A DNA stretch of 64,000 nt, taken from contig OZ219866.1 of NCBI GenBank assembly GCA_964291675.2, forward strand, positions 1,792,001 through 1,856,000, in the 5' to 3' direction. The notes beneath the pieces were generated by a model. That model searched no databases. It was given only the letters and a program-made list of their open reading frames with translations, and was not told the DNA's origin. This DNA comes from Alphaproteobacteria bacterium. Its GTDB lineage: Bacteria; Pseudomonadota; Alphaproteobacteria; MPNO01. Every line of letters starts with the position of its first letter. Position 1 is the first letter of the stretch. Below, piece after piece: positions 45,983 to 55,549 of the stretch. A program made the translations under genes and the position numbers.

Positions 45983-48900
45983 GTGGTTGTTGTGTCGAGA
46001 TCGAGCAGTCGGCGGCCGGGTCGGGCGGGCGTCCGCGCGCTGCCACGGGGCCGCCCCGTCGTCGCGGCGCTGGCCGTCCTCGCGGCCCTGGCCGCGCTCG
46101 CCGCCGCGCAGCAGGCGCGGGCGCAGGACGTGCCCGACCCGATAAAGGGGGTGAAGGTGCTCGCCGGCGACCAAAGGATCAATTTGTTCTGGGAAGAGCC
46201 TTTCGACGGCGGCTCGCAGCTCCTCCGCTACGAGTACCGGTACAAGACGACCGGCAACTTTCCGGCCACCTGGACGGAGGTGCCGGACGGGCTCGCCATT
46301 CCGGAGGCCCCCAACTCCGATCTCCCGCCCCTCAGATACCTGCTGCCCGACCCGTTCGTGAACGGCACCGCCTATACGTTTCAGATGCGCGCGGTGAACG
46401 CCGTGGGTCCGGGCCTCGCGGACTCCGGTTCCGAGGACACGGCCACGCCGGCCGCGAACAGCCCGGCGACGGGCATGGGGAGAGTGTTCAACGAGGAACG
46501 CCCGCAGGGCGAGCTGCGCCCGGGCGGGAGCGTGATGCTCGACCTGGAAGACGAGGGCGGAAACCTGCTGATCCAGGACGCCGACGGGTTGGTGCATGTC
46601 GAAAAGCCCGAACAGTATTTCAGGTTCCAGCACTTCTGGTACCGGGTCGACGGCATGACCGAAACGCAGGTCGACGAAGACACCTTTGGCGGAAGCGTAG
46701 AGGGCGGGTACACGTTGACCAAGGCCGACGTGGGCAAGCGGCTCAAGGTGGTCACGCGCTTTTTCGACGACCGCGGCAACCCCGAGGAAGTCAGCGCGGA
46801 GTTTCCGCCCAGCGGCACCATCCTGCCCCCGGTGCCGTGCGGCGCGCCCACCTACACCGGCGGCGCGACCCGGATCTGGACTGCTACGCTCAGGGTGAGG
46901 GCCACCGAGAGTGGCGGGACGGTAAGAACCTACGGCACCACAACCGGCTTCGCACTCGAAGATAACGAAGAAGAAGAAGCCAACGAAAAAATGGACATAC
47001 GAGACTTCGCCGCCGGAGGCAACGACTACCGGATCGACGCCGCCTACCGGGGTGTCTCGGGGACGAATACCGGCAAGCTGGTCTTCGGCCTGACTTCGGA
47101 CCTCGCGGAAGCCGACCGGAGCCGGCTCGTCCTGCATGTCTGCAACGCGGAATTCCGCTTGGCCGAGGCGGACGAGGACGCCTCCAGCAACTATCGGTGG
47201 GACAGCACCCTCGACTGGTCCACGACCATCTTCCGCAATCTCTATCTGAGCTACGACGACGTCGCCCCCACGCTGACGGGTGCGGCGTTGGCGGGGGCGT
47301 CGCTGACACTGACGTTCAGCGAGGAGCTGGACGCGGACTCGGTGCCGCCGCTGGGCGCCTTCTCGACGACGGTGAACGGCGCGGCCGCCGCCTTCGCGGA
47401 CGGCAGCGCGCCCGTATTAGACGGCCGGACGGTGACCCTGACGCTCGCCGGCGCCCCGGCTCGGGGCTCCGCGATGACGGTCTCCTACGCAGCGCCGTCC
47501 TCGGAGCCGGTGCTGCGCGACGCGGCGCGGAACGCGGTTGCCGACATCGCCGACCGGAATGTAGCGGTGCCGCCGCCGGTCCGGCCCGCGCCGGTCCGGC
47601 CCGCGCCGGTCGAGCCCGAGCCGGAGCCGGAACCGGAGCCCGAGCCGGAGCCCGAGCCGGAGATGCTGGCGATGGACGAGTCGGCGGCGCCGTGGCTGGC
47701 GCGTTTCGGGCGCACGGCGGCGGGGCAGGTGGCGGATTCCCTGGCGGGCCGCCTCGCGACGCCGCCGTCTCCGGGGCTCGCGCTCAGCCTCGGCGGGCAG
47801 CGTGTCGCCGCCGCGTCGGCGAGCGACATCGCGGAGAGGGAGGCGCAGGCCGGCGACGCGCCAGGCGGCGCGCGGTCGCGGACGCTCACCGGACGGCAGT
47901 TCTTCAACGCCTCGTCGTTCAACCTGGCCGGCGGGACCGAGGGGGCCGGGCTGGTCGGGGTCTGGGGCCGGGTCGCGCTGGCCGGCTTCCGGGGGCGCGA
48001 GCACGACATGGACGTCGACGGCGATGTCGCGAGCGCGGTTCTCGGCGCCGACTACACGCTCGGGCGCGCCGCCGTCGGCATGCTGGTGGCGCGCACGGAG
48101 GGCGACGGCGAGTACGGCTCGCCGCTCGGCCGGGGCTTCGTCGAGTCGGCCCTGACCGGAGTCTATCCCTATCTGCGCTACGCGCTCGGCGAGCGGATCT
48201 CGGTCTGGGGCACGGCGGGGTATGGCGAGGGCACGCTCTCGCTCGAGCCCGACGGGCGCGCCGTCGTCAGGACCGATATGGACGTGGCGACGGTGGCCGG
48301 CGGTCTGCGCGGCGTCGTGCACGGCCCGGCGGAGGGCGGGCGCCTCCGGCTCGCGGTGGTGGCGGACGCGCTCGGCGTGCGGACCAGGGCCGAGGCCGCC
48401 GATGACGGCGACGGCGAGTTGCTGCGGCCGGTGGATGCGGAGGTGACGCGCGTGAAGCTCGGCATCGAGGGCGGTCTGAGCGGGATCGAGATCGGCGAAC
48501 ACCGGCTCCGGCCGACGCTGGAGATCGCCGGGCGCCACGACGGCGGCGATGCCGAGACCGGCTACGGGCTCGATGTCGGGGGCGGGCTGGTCTGGACCGC
48601 GCCGGGCGCCGGCATCCGGGTGAAGGTCCGGGGGCGCGGCCTGGTGAGCCACGATTCCGGCGGCTTCCGCCAGACCGGCGGCGCCCTCTCGCTGGCCTGG
48701 GACCCCGACCGGTCGTCCAAACGGGGCGTCTCGCTCTCTTTGGCCCAGAGGGTCGGCGGCCGGGCCTCGGGCGGCGCCGATGCGCTGCTGGCGCGCGAGA
48801 CCTCGGAGCGTCTCGCGGCGAACGACGATGGGGACATGCTCCGCAACCACCGTCTCGAAGCGAGGCTCGGCTACGGAATCGCGCTGCCGGGCGGGCGGTT

Positions 48901-49093
48901 CATCGCGACGCCGCAGGCCGGCTTCGCCCTGTCGCAGACGCGGCGCGAGCTGGGTCTCGGCTGGCGGATGGGCCTCGCGCGCGCCCACCGCCTGTCTCTC
49001 GTCTTCGACCTGCGGGGGACGCGGCGCGAGTCGGTGAACGGCGACCGGCCGCCCGAGCACGGGATCGGGATCAGGGCCAACATGCGCTGGTAG
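45983..49093 (+). CDS. Large surface protein / autotransporter-like adhesin (FN3 + Ig-like + SwmB-like domains, PE linker, C-terminal beta-barrel)
   Basis: Signal peptide ending ARA-Q; FN3 motifs LFWEEP, YEYRY and YTFQMRAVN; YTLTKADVGKRLKV; APTLTGA...LTLTFSEEL...VTLTL...VSY...LRDAARN; (EP)n; WLARFGRT; RHDGGDAETG; terminal W. Start position uncertain. Confidence 0.82.
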   Translation: MVVVSRSSSRRPGRAGVRALPRGRPVVAALAVLAALAALAAAQQARAQDVPDPIKGVKVLAGDQRINLFWEEPFDGGSQLLRYEYRYKTTGNFPATWTEVPDGLAIPEAPNSDLPPLRYLLPDPFVNGTAYTFQMRAVNAVGPGLADSGSEDTATPAANSPATGMGRVFNEERPQGELRPGGSVMLDLEDEGGNLLIQDADGLVHVEKPEQYFRFQHFWYRVDGMTETQVDEDTFGGSVEGGYTLTKADVGKRLKVVTRFFDDRGNPEEVSAEFPPSGTILPPVPCGAPTYTGGATRIWTATLRVRATESGGTVRTYGTTTGFALEDNEEEEANEKMDIRDFAAGGNDYRIDAAYRGVSGTNTGKLVFGLTSDLAEADRSRLVLHVCNAEFRLAEADEDASSNYRWDSTLDWSTTIFRNLYLSYDDVAPTLTGAALAGASLTLTFSEELDADSVPPLGAFSTTVNGAAAAFADGSAPVLDGRTVTLTLAGAPARGSAMTVSYAAPSSEPVLRDAARNAVADIADRNVAVPPPVRPAPVRPAPVEPEPEPEPEPEPEPEPEMLAMDESAAPWLARFGRTAAGQVADSLAGRLATPPSPGLALSLGGQRVAAASASDIAEREAQAGDAPGGARSRTLTGRQFFNASSFNLAGGTEGAGLVGVWGRVALAGFRGREHDMDVDGDVASAVLGADYTLGRAAVGMLVARTEGDGEYGSPLGRGFVESALTGVYPYLRYALGERISVWGTAGYGEGTLSLEPDGRAVVRTDMDVATVAGGLRGVVHGPAEGGRLRLAVVADALGVRTRAEAADDGDGELLRPVDAEVTRVKLGIEGGLSGIEIGEHRLRPTLEIAGRHDGGDAETGYGLDVGGGLVWTAPGAGIRVKVRGRGLVSHDSGGFRQTGGALSLAWDPDRSSKRGVSLSLAQRVGGRASGGADALLARETSERLAANDDGDMLRNHRLEARLGYGIALPGGRFIATPQAGFALSQTRRELGLGWRMGLARAHRLSLVFDLRGTRRESVNGDRPPEHGIGIRANMRW
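47576..47662 (+). repeat. In-frame tandem repeats: 15-nt PVRPA x2 and 6-nt EP x8 linker
   Basis: CCGGTCCGGCCCGCG twice, then a GAGCC(C/G) hexamer run. Confidence 0.85.
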
Positions 49094-49122
49094 CCGGGCC
49101 CGCGCGCCGCAGGGGCCCGGCT
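49092..49122 (+). terminator. GC-rich 10-bp hairpin at the end of the first adhesin gene
   Basis: AGCCGGGCCC-N11-GGGCCCGGCT. There is no U-tract, so the terminator role is uncertain. Confidence 0.35.
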
Positions 49123-49457
49123 CGCTGTCCGACGAGCGGGCGCATTTCCTGGCGGACTGCCCCGGTCGACACCGGCGCGGGACCCGATGGGCGCCTGCCG
49201 CGCGCCGCGCGGGATCGCGACTTTCGGCAGCGAAGGGTATCGCCAGGCCCGACTTGAAACCCGGCTTGACGTAACCCATTTCAATTATGGCGAGAAATAT
49301 GTAATCGTGATTGCCTCTTGTGCGTGTCTTGCCTCGATGTCTGCGCCTGCCGAATGGAAGATTCCCCATCGAGGATCGGGGGATCGCCGACACCTCCGGC
49401 TTCCGGTGCGAGCGCCGTCCCGCGAATTGCCCCGGCTCGCCGGCGGGAAACGCTGAA

Positions 49458-52400
49458 ATGAACGATACCGCGCGCGGGGCGCGGCTCGTCGCCGGCGCGG
49501 TCTTCCTGGTGCTTGCGTGTCTGGCGTTCGGCCCGCGGGCCGGGGCGCAGAACGCCCCCACGGCCTCCGCCGGCACGGTCACCACGAACGAAGACACCGC
49601 TTACGCCTTCGACGCCGCCGACTTCAACTTCGCCGACGACGATACGGGCGATACGCTGTCGAGCGTGAGGATCGTGACGCTGCCGGCGACGGGCGCCTTG
49701 ACCAGGGACGGCACGGCGGTGGCGGCGAACCAGTCGATCGCCGTGGCCGACATCGACGCGGACAAGCTGCTCTTCACCCCGGCGGCCAACGGCAACGGCG
49801 ACCCCTACACCAGCTTCACCTTCAAGGTGAGCGACGGCACCGACGAGAGCGCGTCGGCCTACACCATGACCGTCGACGTGACCGCGGTGAACGACGCGCC
49901 CACCGCCGCCGACAACACGGTCGCCACGAACGAGGACGCGGCCTACACCTTCCGGGCCGCCGATTTCGGCTTCGCCGACGTCGATACGGGGGGCGCGCTT
50001 GCGAGCGTGAGGATCGCGACGCTGCCGGCGGCCGGCTCGCTGACCCGGGACGGCACGGCGGTGACGGCCAACCAGTCGATCGCCGTGGCCGACATCGACG
50101 CGAGCAAGCTGGTCTTCACCCCGGCGGCCAACGGCAACGGCGATCCCTATGCCAGCTTCACCTTCAAGGTGAGCGACGGCAGCGCCGAGAGCGCGTCGGC
50201 CCACACCATGACCGTCGACGTGACCGCGGTGAACGACGCGCCCACCGCCGCCGCCAACACGGTCACCACGAACGAGGACACGGGCTACAGCTTCGCCGCC
50301 GGCGACTTCAACTTCGCCGATGTCGATGCCGGAGACGCGCTGGCGAATGTGAGGATCGTGACGCTGCCGGCGGCGGGCGCGCTCGCCAGGGACGGCGTGG
50401 CGGTGACCGTGAACCAGTCGGTCTCCGGCGCCGACATCCTCGCGAGCAAGCTGGTCTTCACCCCCGCCGCCAACGCCAGCGGCGATCCCTACACCAGCTT
50501 CACCTTCAAGGTGGGGGACGGCACCGACGAGAGCGCATCGGCCTACACCATGACCGTCGACGTGACCGCGGTGGACGACGCGCCCACCGCCGCCGACAAC
50601 ACGGTCGCCACGAACGAGGACACCGCCTACACCTTCCGGGCCGACGACTTCGGCTTCGCCGACGCCGATGCGGGCGATACGCTGTCGAGCGTGCGGATCG
50701 TCACGCTGCCGGCGGCGGGCGCGCTCACCAGGGACGGCACGACGGTGACCGCCAACCAGTCGGTCTCCAGGGCCGACATCGACGCGAGCAAGCTGGTCTT
50801 CACGCCGGCGTCCAACGGCAACGGCGATCCCTACGCCAGCTTCACCTTCAAGGTGAGCGACGGCAGCGCCGAGAGCACGCCGGCCAACACGATGACCGTC
50901 GACGTGACCGCCGTGAACGACGTTCCCACCGCCGCCGCCAACACGGTCACCACGAACGAGGACACCGGCTACAGCTTCGCCGCCGGCGACTTCAACTTCG
51001 CCGACGCGGATACGGGCGACACGCTGGCGAATGTGAGGATCGTGACGCTGCCGGCGGCGGGCGCGCTCACCAGGGCTGGCACGGCGGTGGCGGCGAACCA
51101 GTCGATCGCCGTGGCCGACATCGTCGCGAGCCGGCTGGTCTTCACCCCCGCCGCCAACGCCAGCGGCGATCCCTACACCAGCTTCACCTTCAAGGTGGGC
51201 GACGGCAGCGCGGAGAGCGCGTCGGCCTACACCATGACCGTCGACGTGACCGCGGTGAACGACGCGCCCACCGCCGCCGACAACACGGTCGCCACGAACG
51301 AGGACACGGTCCATACCTTTTCGACCGGCGACTTCTCCTTCGCCGATGCCGACACGGGCGACACGCTGTCGAGCGTGAAGATCGTAACGCTGCCGGCGGC
51401 GGGCGCGCTCACCAGGGACGGCACGACGGTAACGGCGAACCAGTCGATCGCCGTGGCCGACATCGACGCGGACAAGCTGGTCTTCACCCCGGCGGCCAAC
51501 GGCAACGGCGACCCCTATGCCAGCTTCACCTTCAAGGTGAGCGACGGCAGCGCCGAGAGCGCGCCGGCCAACACGATGACCGTCGACGTGGCCGCGGTGA
51601 ACGACGTTCCCACCGCCGTTGCCAACACGGTCGCCACGAACGAGGACACGGCCTACAGCTTCGCCGCCGGCGACTTCAACTTCGCCGATGTCGATGCCGG
51701 CGACACGCTGGCCAGCGTGCGGATCGTGACGCTGCCGGCGGCGGGCGCGCTGACCGTGGACGGCGTGGCGGCGACCGCGAACCAGTCGGTCTCCGGGGCC
51801 GACATCGTCGCGAGCAAGCTGGTCTTCACCCCGGCGGCCAACGCCAATGGCGACCCCTATGCCAGCTTCACCTTCAAGGTGGGCGACGGCACCGACGAGA
51901 GCGCGTCGGCCTACACCATGACCGTCGACGTGGCCGCGGTGGACGATGCGCCCACCGCCGCCGACAGCACGGTCGCCACGGCCGAGGACACCGCCTACAC
52001 CTTCCGGGCCGGCGACTTCCCCTTCGCCGACGCCGACACGGGCGATACGCTGTCGAGCGTGCGGATCGTGACGCTGCCGGCGGCGGGCGCGCTGACCATG
52101 GACGGCACGCCGGCGACGGAGAACCAGTCGATCGCCGTGGCCGACATCGACGCGGACAAGCTGGTCTTCACCCCGGCGGCCAACGGCAACGGCGACCCCT
52201 ATGCCAGCTTCACGTTCAAGGTGAGCGACGGCAGCGCGGAGAGCGCGCCGGCCTATACCATGACCGTCGACGTGGCGGCGAGGAACGACGTTCCCACCGC
52301 CGCCGCCAACACGGTCGTCACGGCCGAGGACACGGCCCACATCTTTTCGGCCGACGAGTTCGGCTTCGCCGATGTCGATGCCGGCGACGCGCTGGCCGGC

Positions 52401-54401
52401 GTGACGATCGCGACGCTGCCGACGGCGGGCTCGCTGAGCAATGACGGCGGAGCGGTGGCGGCCAACCAGACGATCTCCAGGGCCGACATCGATGCGGGCA
52501 GGCTGGTCTTCACCCCCGCGCCGAACGCCTATGGCGATCCCTATGCCAGCTTCACCTTCAAGGTGAGCGACGGCAGCGCGGAGAGCGTGTCGGCCTATAC
52601 CATGACCGTCGACGTGGCCCCGGTGAACGATCCGCCGACCGCCGCCGACAACACGGTGACGACGGTCGAGGACACCGCCTACAGCTTCCGGGCGGCCGAT
52701 TTCAACTTCTCCGACGTCGAGGCCGACGACGCGCTGGCGAGCGTCAGGATCGTGACGCTGCCGGCGTTGGGTTCGCTGACCGGGGGCGGCGCGGCGGTGA
52801 CGGCCAACCAGTCGATCGCCAGGGCCGACATCGACGCGGGCGGGCTGGTCTTCACCCCGGCACCGAACGGCAACGGCGATCCCTATACCAGCTTCACCTT
52901 CAGGGTGAGCGACGGCATGGATGAGAGCGCGGCGGCCTACACCATGACCATCGACGTGACCCCGGTCGTCGAGACCGCGATGCTGCAGGCGTGGAGCGCG
53001 CGCGTCGGGCGCACCATCGGGGGACAGGTGGTGAACGCGGTGACGACGCGCTTCGCGGATGGCGGCGGTTCGCAGGTAACGCTCGGCGGCCAGCGCATCG
53101 GCGGCCCCGCGCCCGGCGGAGCGGGCAGGCCCGCGCTTGCCGCGGATCGACCGGGCCGGGTGGAGGACATGGAGAGCGCGGTCGGCCGCCGCACGACCAG
53201 GGGGATGACCGGGAAGGAGCTGCTGCGCGGCAGCACGTTCCGCCTGTCGGGAGGCGAGGCCGGGGAGGACGGCGCTTACGCGGTCTGGGGCCGCGTGGCG
53301 GCCGGCGGCTTCGACGCGCGGGTGGACGGTATGAAGCTGGAAAGCGACGTGACCACCGGAATCCTCGGCGTCGACGGCGAGTGGGGGGACTTTCTGGCAG
53401 GCGTCGCCGTCGCGCTGAGCGAGAGCCGTGGCGGCTTCCGGCAGGCCGTGCCCCGGAGCGGCGGGACCGACCGGGGGACGCTGGAGAGCGGCATCGCCAG
53501 CCTCTACCACTATGCGCGGGTCGCGTTGAGCGAGAGGCTGAGCGCCTGGGGTCTGGTCGGCTACGGCGCCGGAGAGCTCAGGGTGAGGCCGGAGGATCAG
53601 GCGTTCGTCAAGACCAAGCTCACGATGCGGATGGGGGCGCTCGGCGCGAAGAGCCAGGTGCTGGACGGCAGCCAGACAGGCGGTCTCAGGTTCGCGGTGA
53701 AGTCGGATGCGATGTGGGTGCGCACGGAGTCCGAGAAGGCGCGGAGCCTGGACAACGTCACGGGCGAGGCAACCCGGCTCAGGCTGGTCCTCGAGGCGGA
53801 GCGCGACTACGACGCCATAGCGGGTACCACGTTCACGCCGTCGGGCGAGATCGGCGTGCGCCATGACGGAGGCGATGCCGAGACCGGGCTGGGGGTCGAG
53901 CTGGGCGGCGGGTTGCGCTTCGCCTTCGGCACGCTGACGGTGGAGAGCCGGGCGCGCTTCCTGGTCCTGCACGCGGAGGGCGGCCATGAGGAGTGGGGCG
54001 CCTCCGGCGCTGTGGCGCTGGCGCCGGACGCCTCGGGCCGGGGTCCCTCGTTCTCCTTGCGGCCGGTCTGGGGCCAGGCGGACAGCGGGACCACCGCGCT
54101 CTGGTCGCCGGTCCACGCCGGGGGTCGCGGCACCGGGCGGGCGTTCGAGGCGGCGGGCCGGCTGGACGGGCGGCTGGGCTACGGGTTCGCGGTCTTCGGC
54201 GACCGTCTCACGGTCACGCCCGAGCTCGGGCTGGGGCTTTCCAGGGCGTATCGGCGATACAGCCTGGGCTGGCGCCTCGGGCAGGCCCGGCGCGGGCCGG
54301 GGGATTTCGACCTTCGGTTCGAGGCGACCCGGCACGAGGCGGCGAATGACGACCGGCCGCCGGAGCACGGGGTGAGCGTCTGGCTGTCGGCGGGCTGGTA
54401 G
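49458..54401 (+). CDS. Giant repetitive adhesin / autotransporter-like protein with ten cadherin-like (Ig-like) repeats
   Basis: Signal peptide ending AGA-Q; ten 114-aa units (NDAPTA..T.EDT.Y.F...DF.FAD.D.GD.L.SVRIVTLP..G.L...FTPAAN.GDPY.SFTFKVSDG); WSARVGRT; RHDGGDAETG; terminal W. Confidence 0.88.
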   Translation: MNDTARGARLVAGAVFLVLACLAFGPRAGAQNAPTASAGTVTTNEDTAYAFDAADFNFADDDTGDTLSSVRIVTLPATGALTRDGTAVAANQSIAVADIDADKLLFTPAANGNGDPYTSFTFKVSDGTDESASAYTMTVDVTAVNDAPTAADNTVATNEDAAYTFRAADFGFADVDTGGALASVRIATLPAAGSLTRDGTAVTANQSIAVADIDASKLVFTPAANGNGDPYASFTFKVSDGSAESASAHTMTVDVTAVNDAPTAAANTVTTNEDTGYSFAAGDFNFADVDAGDALANVRIVTLPAAGALARDGVAVTVNQSVSGADILASKLVFTPAANASGDPYTSFTFKVGDGTDESASAYTMTVDVTAVDDAPTAADNTVATNEDTAYTFRADDFGFADADAGDTLSSVRIVTLPAAGALTRDGTTVTANQSVSRADIDASKLVFTPASNGNGDPYASFTFKVSDGSAESTPANTMTVDVTAVNDVPTAAANTVTTNEDTGYSFAAGDFNFADADTGDTLANVRIVTLPAAGALTRAGTAVAANQSIAVADIVASRLVFTPAANASGDPYTSFTFKVGDGSAESASAYTMTVDVTAVNDAPTAADNTVATNEDTVHTFSTGDFSFADADTGDTLSSVKIVTLPAAGALTRDGTTVTANQSIAVADIDADKLVFTPAANGNGDPYASFTFKVSDGSAESAPANTMTVDVAAVNDVPTAVANTVATNEDTAYSFAAGDFNFADVDAGDTLASVRIVTLPAAGALTVDGVAATANQSVSGADIVASKLVFTPAANANGDPYASFTFKVGDGTDESASAYTMTVDVAAVDDAPTAADSTVATAEDTAYTFRAGDFPFADADTGDTLSSVRIVTLPAAGALTMDGTPATENQSIAVADIDADKLVFTPAANGNGDPYASFTFKVSDGSAESAPAYTMTVDVAARNDVPTAAANTVVTAEDTAHIFSADEFGFADVDAGDALAGVTIATLPTAGSLSNDGGAVAANQTISRADIDAGRLVFTPAPNAYGDPYASFTFKVSDGSAESVSAYTMTVDVAPVNDPPTAADNTVTTVEDTAYSFRAADFNFSDVEADDALASVRIVTLPALGSLTGGGAAVTANQSIARADIDAGGLVFTPAPNGNGDPYTSFTFRVSDGMDESAAAYTMTIDVTPVVETAMLQAWSARVGRTIGGQVVNAVTTRFADGGGSQVTLGGQRIGGPAPGGAGRPALAADRPGRVEDMESAVGRRTTRGMTGKELLRGSTFRLSGGEAGEDGAYAVWGRVAAGGFDARVDGMKLESDVTTGILGVDGEWGDFLAGVAVALSESRGGFRQAVPRSGGTDRGTLESGIASLYHYARVALSERLSAWGLVGYGAGELRVRPEDQAFVKTKLTMRMGALGAKSQVLDGSQTGGLRFAVKSDAMWVRTESEKARSLDNVTGEATRLRLVLEAERDYDAIAGTTFTPSGEIGVRHDGGDAETGLGVELGGGLRFAFGTLTVESRARFLVLHAEGGHEEWGASGAVALAPDASGRGPSFSLRPVWGQADSGTTALWSPVHAGGRGTGRAFEAAGRLDGRLGYGFAVFGDRLTVTPELGLGLSRAYRRYSLGWRLGQARRGPGDFDLRFEATRHEAANDDRPPEHGVSVWLSAGW
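49548..52968 (+). repeat. Ten tandem 342-nt coding repeats
   Basis: Antisense shadow ORFs recur at 49601, 49943, 50285, 50627, 50969, 51653, 51995 and 52679, all multiples of 342 nt apart. Confidence 0.95.
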
Positions 54402-54499
54402 TCGGCGCGCCGTCGCCGCGACCCGCGGGCTCGCCGTCGCCGCGCCCTTATGTAGAATGCCGCGGTCTTGCAGCCTGCCCCTGGGAGGATCGGAAAGTG

Positions 54500-55528
54500 A
54501 TGATCGAACGCTATGCCGCCGCGACCCGGCGCTCCGTCGCCGCGCTGGCGGCCGCTTCAGCGGTGCTGGCCGGCGCCGCCGCCTTCGCCGCCGACAAGAT
54601 CGACGTGGGCGCGCTCCGCTTCACGTCGCATTCGGGGAGCTTCATCGCCTTCGAGAAGGGCTACTTCAAGGAGGCCGGGCTCGACGTCGAGTTCAAGTAC
54701 TTCCAGGCGGCCGCGCCAATGGCGGTCGCGATCGCCTCGGGCGACATCGATTACGGCGTGACCGCGATCACCGGCGGGCTGATCAACCTCGCCGACAAGG
54801 GCGCGATCAAGGTCATCGGCGGCGCGCTGCACGAGGAGAAGGGGATCGACGGCTCGGCCATCCTGGTCTCCGAAGCCGCCTGGAAGGACGGCGTGACCAC
54901 GCCCGCGAAGCTCGCCGGGCGCAGCTTCGGGATCACCCAGACCGGGTCCTCCTTCCACTACATGGCGTCGCGCATCGCCCAGAAGGAAGGCATCCCGATG
55001 GAGCGGATCAAGCTCCGGCCCTTGCAAAAGGTGGGCGCGATCATCGCCGCGCTGAAATCGGGCCAGATCGATGCCTGGGCCATCGTGCCGCATATCGCCA
55101 AGGCGCTCGCCAAAGGCGGCAAGATCCGCATCATCGGCTGGGTCGCCGACTATGCGCCGGACTACCAGGTGACGACGGTGTTCACCTCGACCAGGACCGC
55201 GGCCGGGCAGCGCGACCGCACCAAGCGGTTCCTCGCCGCGTTCTCGCGCGGCGTCGACGACTTCAACGCCGCCCTGGTCGACAAGACCGCGGGCGAGGCG
55301 GCGGCCGAGGCGACGGTGAAGCTGATCCACAAATACGTCTACACCAGCCGGCCCTACGCCAAGGCCGCGCCGTCGATCCGCAACGGCGCGATGCGGCTCA
55401 ACAAGGGCGCCAAGCTCAACCTGACCAGCGTCAAGGCGCAGCTCGACTGGTTCAAGGCGTCCGGGCTGGTCAAGGGCGATATCGGCATCGACAAGCTGGT
55501 CGACGGGAGCTACGTCGAGACCTACTGA
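54500..55528 (+). CDS. ABC transporter substrate-binding protein (SsuA/NMT1/THI5-like)
   Basis: Signal peptide ending AFA, EKGYFKEAGLDVE, ALKSGQIDA. Confidence 0.87.
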   Translation: MIERYAAATRRSVAALAAASAVLAGAAAFAADKIDVGALRFTSHSGSFIAFEKGYFKEAGLDVEFKYFQAAAPMAVAIASGDIDYGVTAITGGLINLADKGAIKVIGGALHEEKGIDGSAILVSEAAWKDGVTTPAKLAGRSFGITQTGSSFHYMASRIAQKEGIPMERIKLRPLQKVGAIIAALKSGQIDAWAIVPHIAKALAKGGKIRIIGWVADYAPDYQVTTVFTSTRTAAGQRDRTKRFLAAFSRGVDDFNAALVDKTAGEAAAEATVKLIHKYVYTSRPYAKAAPSIRNGAMRLNKGAKLNLTSVKAQLDWFKASGLVKGDIGIDKLVDGSYVETY

Positions 55529-55549
55529 CCCGCGGGGAAAGGCCGGGCG

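Noticed and set aside
49548-52968. Possible CRISPR array or DGR template/variable repeats
   Set aside because: The units are 342-nt in-frame coding repeats without spacers. Differences do not appear adenine-specific, and no cas or reverse transcriptase gene is present.
49281-54368. 1695-aa antisense ORF and the 975-aa alternative-frame ORF 49517..52444
   Set aside because: Shadow frames of the GC-biased repetitive adhesin: Arg/Gly/His-rich with no recognisable motifs.
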